Source of the DNA: Octopus bimaculoides
Lineage: Eukaryota
Assembly (NCBI RefSeq): GCF_001194135.2
Contig: NC_068984.1
Coordinates: forward strand, 61,695,600-61,759,599
Direction of reading: 5' to 3'
DNA: 64,000 bases
Made by a program: the position numbers and the translations under genes. Of the stretch, positions 53,649 to 64,000 are shown in pieces. Below the pieces are notes generated by a model that saw only the letters and a list, made by a program, of their open reading frames with translations, was not told the origin of the DNA and searched no databases. Each line of letters opens with the position of its first letter. Positions within the stretch are counted from its first letter, which is position 1.

Positions 53649-53691
53649 GAAATTTTTACCGCTGTCGAAGCTATTGCCGTTCTATTAATAA

Positions 53692-55295
53692 TCTATATAT
53701 ATAAAAATGGGAATGTGTGTCTGTATGTCTGTCTGTCTGTCTGTGTGAATCCCTAAAACTCGAGAACTACGCAACCAATTTCATTCAAATTTTACAGATG
53801 CCTTACTTAGGGTTCCAGTTGTGTTTTAGTCAAAAAAAATTTTAACTTCTTGCAGAGTTCGAGCCCACGGCAACATAATATCTCCTCCACTATTTAAGTA
53901 TTACGTGTCAAAAGTGAAACAAAAACACTCATGTCAAATACTTTCACTTTTAAAATGAAACTATTCTACTAACTGAAACAATCACATTTTGATACTGTAA
54001 TGACAGATACTTTCAGAGAGAGAGAGAAAGAGAGAAAGAGAGAGAGAGAAAGANNNNNNNNNNNNNNNNNNNNNNNNNNNNNNNNNNNNNNNNNNNNNNN
54101 NNNNNNNNNNNNNNNNNNNNNNNNNNNNNNNNNNNNNNNNNNNNNNNNNNNNNNNNNNNNNNNNNNNNNNNNNNNNNNNNNNNNNNNNNNNNNNNNNNNN
54201 NNNNNNNNNNNNNNNNNNNNNNNNNNNNNNNNNNNNNNNNNNNNNNNNNNNNNNNNNNNNNNNNNNNNNNNNNNNNNNNNNNNNNNNNNNNNNNNNNNNN
54301 NNNNNNNNNNNNNNNNNNNNNNNNNNNNNNNNNNNNNNNNNNNNNNNNNNNNNNNNNNNNNNNNNNNNNNNNNNNNNNNNNNNNNNNNNNNNNNNNNNNN
54401 NNNNNNNNNNNNNNNNNNNNNNNNNNNNNNNNNNNNNNNNNNNNNNNNNNNNNNNNNNNNNNNNNNNNNNNNNNNNNNNNNNNNNNNNNNNNNNNNNNNN
54501 NNNNNNNNNNNNNNNNNNNNNNNNNNNNNNNNNNNNNNNNNNNNNNNNNNNNNNNNNNNNNNNNNNNNNNNNNNNNNNNNNNNNNNNNNNNNNNNNNNNN
54601 NNNNNNNNNNNNNNNNNNNNNNNNNNNNNNNNNNNNNNNNNNNNNNNNNNNNNNNNNNNNNNNNNNNNNNNNNNNNNNNNNNNNNNNNNNNNNNNNNNNN
54701 NNNNNNNNNNNNNNNNNNNNNNNNNNNNNNNNNNNNNNNNNNNNNNNNNNNNNNNNNNNNNNNNNNNNNNNNNNNNNNNNNNNNNNNNNNNNNNNNNNNN
54801 NNNNNNNNNNNNNNNNNNNNNNNNNNNNNNNNNNNNNNNNNNNNNNNNNNNNNNNNNNNNNNNNNNNNNNNNNNNNNNNNNNNNNNNNNNNNNNNNNNNN
54901 NNNNNNNNNNNNNNNNNNNNNNNNNNNNNNNNNNNNNNNNNNNNNNNNNNNNNNNNNNNNNNNNNNNNNGTCAAGTAAATGAGACGCATCTTTGCCTCCA
55001 CTGATTCACTTGCAAAGTGTTGAGTAAAATTATTTCGTTGCAGATCTCCTTTGGGTCTTTTTATTATCACTGCGACACACATAGTCCCCAGTTGGTAACA
55101 TTGATTTCAAGGCCCTCCTAGATGAGAGACTGGCATTCCACTTAATGCTATGTTCCATGCTGGCATGGATTGGAGAGTTATTAATGTAGAAATATGGTAT
55201 CGTAGCTACTAACAGTTGAGGGTTGCGTAGTCTAGACGGCGTTTTTAGATTTCATTATTCTCTTTAACCCGGGCAAAGCCGGGTATTTCTGCTAG
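53692..55295 (+). mobile_element. Non-autonomous Helitron (third family; large gap)
   Basis: A|TCtatatatataaaaatg start with (GTCT)n; 3' hairpin ACCCGG-gcaaag-CCGGGT and CTAG|T; assumes both ends belong to one element across the gap. Confidence 0.75.
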
Positions 55296-56737
55296 TCTAT
55301 AATATAATTATGCAGTGGTCTATGTTTCCAAGTCTTAACTTAAAAACATTATCAGTAACATAATCTTTTAGAGATATAACATTTAGATAGCTTTCGTTAT
55401 TTGTAAGACGTTTGAGGGATAAGATGTGGAACAAAATTGAAAACAGATTATTCTACAGTGAAAATATAGCCGTAAGAAAATTGACAAAGTAGATAAATAT
55501 CGTTAACATTATCAATGTCAATATATATATGTGTGTGTGTATGTGTGTGTGTTTGTGTGTGTTTGTGTGTGTTTGTGTGCGCGCGTGTGTGTGTGTATGC
55601 ATGCATGCATGTATGTATGTATCTATGTATGTATATATGCATGTATGTATGTATGTATGTTTAAATTTCAACTTATTAGAAAACCAGCAATGTATTTCAA
55701 TCACTGATATTCTGGGTACAAGTCCAGTCATAAGCTATTTATGAGACGAAAATAATTATGAAACACTACTATTTGTAAGAATGTTATTTTTAGAAAAAAT
55801 AAATTGAAATATATATATATATATATATATATCAAAATAAGCAACAAAGATATCTAGCCGTAATGCAGTACGATCTTTTCATTCAACTCCATGTAGTTGG
55901 ACAATGTAATCATTACAACAATTTAAAATACAGAGCAATCTTCAGCTGCACGAAGACATGGAATTTAATTAAATTAGAACAGATGAACACATTAGTATAC
56001 TAATACATAAAATCTCCCAGAGTTTAGGGAGACACACAGAGATCATCTTGCTTTAGCCACACCATGGAAGCTAATAAATAAAATGTCAAAGAAAACTCTG
56101 CTTGTCACTGATTTTATTTGTTTGTTTTTGGTCTAGATTTATAGACTATCATATCAAATGCATATGTTATTCTTCATCAAGAATGTTGTAGATGATAATT
56201 TTGAAATTTCGTCCAGCATGAGTAGAGGGTTGCTATATGTAGCCTACTGTACCATGCTATTTGTTCTCTACAATTATCAACTACGTTTCTTATAATTCTG
56301 GACGTGCCAAGCAGGCAAACTTTGAAACAGTTTAGCTTGACACTCTATTCCCATTTTCTATATATTTCTCTCAATATCGTTTAATAATGTCCTCAATGTC
56401 TTAATAATGATTAGCATCGTCTTCAAAATTTCCATCCCTCATAATAAGCTTTGTTTCGTATTTAAGAGGATTGTACAACAGACGAACAACAGACACTAAT
56501 TTCCTTGTGCCCTAAAATCCTGTTTTCTGTACCATTAATTCTAAATTGCCGCATCGTTTACATTTTCGTACAGCAACTAAATTTCATTGCTTAAAAAAAT
56601 GAAACGTATTGCATTCATTACATAAATTGTTAAAATTAATGTCAAGTTCACCAAAGAACTGGTTTCTTTTCCATTTGGTTGCTAAGGCAATTTCTGTTCG
56701 TATTGATTTCATATTCAGTATTATGATACACTTTTAT

Positions 56738-57371
56738 AGGATAATTAATGCCACGAAAATTATTTTCCCTTTAAATCAATCAATAAAGAGTCATTAGCTA
56801 TTAAGATTTGAAAACTTTGGGTAATTTTTGTCAATCGTAAGCCACATAGATTCATACCATTTCCATAGTAGCAAGCCAAACATGAGAAGTCTTTTGTCTG
56901 CGAGAAATCACAGGTTGGCAAATATATTGAAACAAGAAGCTGACGATGTGTTTTACTGTTTTACCCATACGAGATGCATATCGAATGCTTAAATGTTTGT
57001 TTTTTAAAATATTTAATTTGTATTGTGCTGTTTGTCGAATTAAATGCTTATTGAATGCTTAAAACTACAAAAGACGTGTGGTTTATTCTTTTCCACGTGT
57101 AGAATACAAATATTGACAACACCTATCTTCAGGATGTTGATAAAATGTATTGTCATGCACAATATGACAGCTTCGAAATCTTGTTTCCTAACTGAGTGAA
57201 AATGATACTACTTTAAATATATATATATATTGAATTCATATATTTCGCCTGAAACAAACTTCTATAACTTTACAAAAAAAAAAAAACTGTTTCTGGAAAA
57301 ATTGAAATAACTCCAGCAATTCAGTTCGGAAAACTACATTAATATACCAAATTTAAAAATTTCGATAACCT
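56738..57371 (+). mobile_element. Non-autonomous DNA transposon (Kolobok-like), copy 2
   Basis: Homologous to 44094-44740; ends CCT|TTAA. Confidence 0.4.
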
Positions 57372-58799
57372 TTAATTTTCGAAAAAGATCCAAGAACTCT
57401 GCAAAAATAAAAACAATTTTTCGCTCAGCAATATTATTAATTTTCTTTTGAATACTTTGGGCAATTAAAAGTATCGTTTAGGGAAGGATTTGAAGTTAGC
57501 GTGAAGAAATATTTCGCAGGATTAATTTTAGATATTGACATGAATCTCTGCTGCATTATACCGTATGATAATTATCTCCCAGCATTCTGTGCCTGCTGCT
57601 AGATTGTTGTGAGTTATATACTCATTATATCACTTTGACTGAAGTGTATCGGTATAGCACTATGCAATTCTGTTGAACTGGATCTCTTCGAGGGATGAAG
57701 GATTTTTTTCCTGCAGAGGTTTATTAGTAAATGTTTCGTAAAGTATAGTGAGTGTTTGAGTTAGTCGTGAATATACAATCGGGTGACATTTAATTACATG
57801 ACTTGTTCAAAAGCTTTCGCCTCTATATTATGTATGACTCCAGGAGAACCGCTAATGTAAGGTTCGTTAATGACTGAGATATTAAATTTTCAACAGATTT
57901 CATATTTGAAGGAATATTATGGTTTCGACCTGAAACAGACGTCTTACAACACAATTATTACACAAACTCAGAATAAGGAATCATATTATATGATAGAATA
58001 TCAATGAATTTAAATAAATGCCATATAACGATTTCAACATATCACACCAGGTGGCCAATAATTTAAATGCCATATACATTGAAACAGACACACTTATGTA
58101 CATATTCATAATCATAATCATGCTTATGTTTTTATACACCCCTCCACACACATATATATGTGTATCTATATATGTATTTATATACGTGGGAGATTATACA
58201 TCACTGCATGTTTCATGCAAAATATATGAATTCAATATATATCATACTATCATACACATTGCAACGATTATAAAAGTAACTGATGAATAATTGATACCCA
58301 TGTTATATTTCTATGAAGAAATTTTCGGCGTCATAGTTTATCTTCAATTTTAATATATCCCTAGAGCATTGAATTAAACAACTGACATACCTTTCTAATT
58401 TTCTTCAATATATTAGCAATTATGTTTATGCGCTTGTGTGCATATGTATGTGTTTTATACATTTATATGCGTGTGCATATTTGGAAGAATATATATATAT
58501 GTGCATACACACACACACGCACGCCTTCACCCCCCCCCCCACACACACAGACTAATGGTTTAAAAGAGTGTTGAAGCTACGCGTTGAATGCATAAAACAG
58601 CATGGCCGCTGCTTTTCCTATTCCCAAATAATGGAGGAAGGCAAATATCAAGGAAAAGGAAGCAATAATCTAGTCAGAAGTACTGCATCAGGATCACGAA
58701 AGTATGTCAAGAGATGTAGAGCTGGTATCCAGGGGAGCCTGAATAGAATGTGACGTCCTCAAAAGAAAGATCATATGAAAAAACCTATGTAGACTTTAG

Positions 58800-58935
58800 G
58801 CATCATTCTTCCTCTGCAGTTGGTGTATTACACCTCTAAAGGACGCTAATGAAACTTGCATAGATGGAATATGAAGGTGAACCAGCTGTATAGACTGCGA
58901 GGAAAGGTACACTGCGGCACACATCTTGTTACGGC
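58800..58935 (+). mobile_element. Possible I/Jockey-type LINE C-terminal zinc-knuckle relic
   Basis: CIDCEERYTAAHIL resembles C-x2-C-x4-T-x2-H-I-L. Confidence 0.3.
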
Positions 58936-60025
58936 GCAAACAACACTTACCCAAGGGTAATACAAGTGGCGCCATGGCAAGGTCATAACACGATGCACGC
59001 TCACATTTTAGAACAGGAAAAACACATGAAACACCAACAGCAAGGAAAGCAACGCCGGCAATAAAGTTCTTGAAGAGAGGAAAAATGACTATAAAGAAGT
59101 TTTTCCATGTCGACCAGATAACCTTGAGCCCGAATATCGTTATGTGTTCTGAAAAGACAAAAAAAAAAAAGAAAAAATAATAATAATCGAATAATAATTG
59201 GGATCAAGCTTACGTAACCTAGAAAGAAGGGTATAGCGTAGCCTGTGAATGGAAGCGTGCCTATTACCAGAGACTTTTTGAGAAATGCAGGGATACATTA
59301 TGAATATCTACAATCGAGTTTGGCTGTAAGGGATTGTCTGTCTACAAAAATGCTTACTACCATTAGAATAAGTGAAAACGAGCGAAAGGTATCTGTGCAC
59401 AGTCTATTTGAGGCAGCAGGAAGGTCTTCTTGCTGGTCATTGAGCATGAGGCATGAGCAAAATCTTCATGTTGGTAGTACTTGAAACTGAGCGTTGCTGA
59501 TCGTATAAAGTCAAGGCCACAATTAAACTTTCGATATCTGAGCGTTTCACTGTTCGTGGGGGTTACATACATAAACTAAGTAACACACACACATATACAT
59601 TAAAGCACATCTGAGGCCTATCTCTGTTCCTGTGTGTGTCTGCCTCTGTCTTTAGACGTGTGTGTGCATGTGTGTGTGCCTCAGTCGTATCAAAATGTAT
59701 GTATACTGACAGACACATTCACCGTCACGCACGTATACTTGTCAGTCATCGGCTTAACGTATGTAACAACACGCAAATACACTCATTTACAAAATGTGAC
59801 GTCATCGTCGTTTAGGTGGTGATATAAAATGTTGTTTACGATAGGTGACTAAAAAAAATGATAATGTGAAGGTTTTGCAATACAAATATGTGAATGAAAA
59901 TATAGTTTAGTTAGTAGCCAAAAGCTTACTAGATCTTTCGTTGCCCTATACGTCAAAATCGGCAACTCGGTTTTGGAACCCATAAGGAACATACGCACAC
60001 GCACACACACATACAAGCTCTCTTT

Positions 60026-60064
<39 letters not shown>

Positions 60065-61118
60065 ATGTATGTACGTTTATGTATGTGTGTATTGCACAAG
60101 TGAATACTTACTGTATTCATTTATATAGGAATATAAGTTGAAAAGTGAAAAAAACCAAGCTCTACATATGTTAATATTCTCGCTAACATCCTCTAATTCC
60201 TTCGATAAGAAGAAAGCTCTTTGTATTTTTTAATGATTTTAAGAGTGCTGTTCACATATGCTTTAAAAAATACGGTATTAGGACACCGTATTTGACAATA
60301 AAGGAGAAATCTGTATTCCAGTGATTACACTTGAAGGTTCATGTATTTATGAATTTATTGCAGTGTGATGGTGAACGAAATACCTGAGCATGAAGGTTAT
60401 AATCAATGTTTATCAAACTAGTATTTCGAAAAAAGTCTTGCACCGTCCCCGAAACTTTACGCAGAAAACAAAATCTAAAATGTACAATATTTTTGAATAG
60501 GTTTGATATTTCCAAACATATTTACACAAACTTCGACCTACTCCACTCCGCTCGATATTTCTTCTTTCTTTGAGCAACGAATGTGATTTCTAATGACGGC
60601 AAATTTTAGTTTTTGACAGGAATACTTTGTAATTGACTGGCACTTTTTGTTAAATTGTAATTTATGGACATCCTGTGAGAGTAAGAATAAATCAAAGTCA
60701 TATCTGGATTTAAATTTGTCATATGAACCTGCCAGAATAGTCGTATTGAATTTATATATGAATATACATTCAAAAGGCCGCTAATGAAAAAGCGAATGAA
60801 TACATATATAAAACATTCCCATCTGAGTAAAAACACAACATACAATTCTCATTTATTTTATTGTCAGTTGAGACTCATGTCAAAGTAATATTTTCTCAAA
60901 GAAATATTTCTAAAGCTTCATGTTTATTGTTATAATGAATAGCCCTTTCACAAAACATTTGCCCAGTTTAATTTTCTAAGGAGAACTGTTAGTTTGCCCC
61001 ATTACATAAGTTTTACTCCGTTACTTTCATTTATTTGATTTTTGCATCAGGTCTCAGTACTAGCAATTTAGCTTTAAAATTTAAAACTTCGCAAATATGT
61101 GCATGTGTTTGTGTTTGT

Positions 61119-61120
61119 GT

Positions 61121-61172
<52 letters not shown>
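61119..61172. repeat. (GA)n microsatellite
   Basis: Direct. Confidence 0.95.
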
Positions 61173-61178
<6 letters not shown>

Positions 61179-61984
61179 GTGTGCGCGTGTGTGTGTAAAC
61201 CAAATATATCAAATGCGAGGAAAATATATTTTATCATTTTTTAGAGGTTTCATATGAAAATAATATAACAAAATCATAGCCTGGATGACCTTAATGGCAA
61301 TACCAGATATTTTTCAATAGTTGTTTTCCTATCAGATTTTCGACGGAGTTTCTTTTACCATACAGTTTTCAGCTAGTACATTATAGTGCCAAAGCCCAGA
61401 AGACAGAGATGTACATCAAGTACTATCACTACCACTGTTGGAAATCTTCGACTGCTACTGATATGTTCTTAAACACAGTCTTTGCCGGATTCTAGGATAG
61501 CAAAAATGGCAGCTCAATACCCGAATATTATGGAACCCATCCTCCTCAGACAGCTTGCATATAGAGGGCCTTCCCCAATTTACTTCCTTAAAAAATCTAT
61601 TTTAAGAAATCTTCTTTATAAATACATAAAAAAAACATGTCTCACATTAGCAAAACCAATATTCACACCTTGTGCATAAAACGAGCGGATGGGGAAAATA
61701 ACAGCGAAAAATACAAATAATAAAAATGGAAGCTTTCTGTAATTTTATGTATATCAATAGACAAATAGAAATTGTTTGACCCTACGATGACCCGTCAATT
61801 ACAGGGTTTTGTACTTGAGATTAAAATACATACACACACACGCACGTACACACGCACACACACACTCACACGCCCGCGCACACGCACACGCACACGCACA
61901 CATACATACGCACACGCACATACAAGCAAACACGCACTCATATATATTGCTACATCGTAAAGCTATTATTCTGTTAATTTGCTA

Positions 61985-63709
61985 GACTGGCCATATTTAC
62001 GAAAAAATGTTTGGCGTCCAAAATTTTTATTGTTAATTTACTCTTTTAATCATACAATTTTCGCTTTGGCGTAATATCTCTCCTCAGATAAAAACTGATT
62101 TTCTTTCTTTCTAATTTGGAATATGATTTGTTCAAATTTTCTTGTTTATCATTAAAAGTAATCCTTTACTCTCTTTTTCAATATATTTCGTAATCGTCAG
62201 ACTACTAATTTGTTATTTTTATTTTCGTGTTACGTTCACAAAAACATTTCGCTGATGATTGTGATTTAGTACCTGTCACTGTTGTGTCTGCTATTTCTCA
62301 ATTTGATTTTTCAATTTGTCTATGGCCACTGAATTTCAGTTATATTTTTTTAGCATTAGTTGTTATTTCAGCGGATGTCTATTGCTAAAAGTTTCTGGTA
62401 ATAAATAAGTGAACTCTTAAGAAAATCGGAAAACATATCGAAGCAAAAATAAACTCAAGGCCGTCACTAACACCAACATATCGTAATTGCAACACGAAAC
62501 ACCCTCTTCGCTCACAAAACCGTTACATTTGCAGACACTATTTTTATTAACAAAAGTGAAAGTAGAATTGTAAACACAAATAACGTTACATGATCAGTTG
62601 AAGTTTAGAAGGATCCGTGAAATAAACAGTTCCTTTCGAAATATATTAAGAGATGTTGAAGATGATTTAGAAGAAACACATGAAGCAAGATATCAAGCGC
62701 AGATATTTGCAGACAAACTGAACTATCTTGACACTACTCTAATGCCTATGATCTACAATATCAAATGACATAACAGTAAAAAGTAAACTTTTCAACGAAT
62801 AGAAGTTAATTTGAATAAGGTGGAGGATCTGATTCATTGGAAACTTACTGAAATCGCATCGGCACAACTATGAAGAGTTGGAATTTGATGCCACGTAAAT
62901 TATGTGGAAACAGACAATAAAGAAACGACAAATAGACCAAGGAAGAAAACCAAACATGATGTAAATCTAGCATCAAAATTAGAGGAAGTTGTTCTTTCTG
63001 TAAGAGAAAAATTCAATTGCAGGACTTTCGAAATAAGTTAAGGTCAGTTACTTGTAACTTTACAAATCACAGAACAGCTTATCAATCTGTGGATGAGAAG
63101 TTCAAATTTATAGTGAACTTATGTAATTTATTTAATGTAGAGATAAGAATAGAAACTGAGAAACTCACTGCCACTTTCCCTTGGGATATAAGTAATGTGT
63201 TCAGAGAAGAAATTGTGCGGTGCGCAGCCTTTCGTAACCTCGAGTCATGTTTCAGACAATCTCAACAGGCACGTTTAATCTATAATGAAGGGCTTGCTGA
63301 AAAATTTACACCTATCTTTGAGTCTGGTGGTCATGAGTAGATCAGGAGAGAGACAGTTAGTAAGCTGGGACGAATAGCCACAATAACATAGGAAAGACTA
63401 AGCATTGTTCTAACAACAATACAGTTCACAGAAATCAGGAAAGATTTTTCTCATAGAAAGTCTTTTTGTATCTATTGGATAAATGGTATAGTGTATTAAA
63501 TTGGTAGAATTTATTGTACTTAGTTTCGAAGATAATACTTTGCATTGATAGAAGCATTTTAATTTTATATATGCTAACAGATCAATTTCATGTAAAAAGC
63601 AAATATTGAGATGTAAATTTGGTGATTTTTCATAGATTTTAATTTCTATTTAAGGGTACCCAACAGAACGCAAATCGTCACGTGCCCGCAACCTTTAAGC
63701 CCGGCCCTG
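61985..63709 (+). mobile_element. hAT (Tip100-like) transposon relic
   Basis: ILRDVEDDLEETHEARYQAQIFADKLNYLDTTLM...RPRKKTKHD...SVREKF...HRTAYQSVDEKFKFI resembles ZMYM1-like hAT transposases; right terminus gcccggccctg (reverse complement CAGGGCCGG); left end only approximate. Confidence 0.6.
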
Positions 63710-63710
63710 C

Positions 63711-63777
<67 letters not shown>
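63711..63777. repeat. (ATCT)n microsatellite
   Basis: Direct. Confidence 0.95.
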
Positions 63778-63779
<2 letters not shown>

Positions 63780-64000
63780 ACTATTTGTATGTATATACAC
63801 ATATATGTATATATCTATATCTATATATTTATTCCACATCTTCGCGTTGTTTTTTTGTGTTTTTTCTTGCTTGTTCATGCTTGTATTGACTATATACCGC
63901 ACGCTCACACGGACCCCGACCTTCTGACTGATTTTGGAGATACCAATTCCTGGATATACCAGTTCCTGTTTGGTGTTCATTCAGATTACGCCACTCTACT

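Noticed and set aside
57905-57950. Minus-strand ...aagacg...ggtcgaaacc as a hammerhead
   Set aside because: CUGANGA is absent
59290-59510. GSRKVFLLV...KSSCW as a TIR fragment
   Set aside because: Isolated, with no LRR or TM context and several stops

Overview
AT-rich, microsatellite-dense, gapped animal scaffold with ten N-gaps, almost all abutting simple repeats. The SINE families and repeat style resemble octopus/cephalopod DNA; this is from recall, not a database search. I find no intact protein-coding gene: the longest ORFs are N-gap or microsatellite artefacts, and the rest are short or transposon-derived. Most recognisable sequence is decayed mobile DNA: a complete Chapaev3 transposon (12-bp TIRs, TAA TSD, 5' intron), a maT/DD37D-like Tc1/mariner, a hAT relic, four non-autonomous Helitrons, a palindromic TA-flanked MITE, R4/Dong-type LINE pieces sitting in (AAT)n tracts, Penelope-like GIY-YIG relics and tRNA-derived SINEs. 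Three signals deserve most attention. (1) Three minimal type-I hammerhead ribozyme cores, one with a CUGUCGA variant core and one just downstream of a Penelope endonuclease relic; all appear decayed. (2) A possible cluster of very degenerate Toll-like receptor (LRR-LRRCT-TM-TIR) pseudogenes between about 21.7 and 39.6 kb, read by eye across frames and needing HMM confirmation. (3) A dense candidate regulatory module at 50.19-50.53 kb with six AGGTCA half-sites (including DR4 and DR2), a MEF2/TATA element, an ETS core and GACGTG repeated at a 16-bp period.
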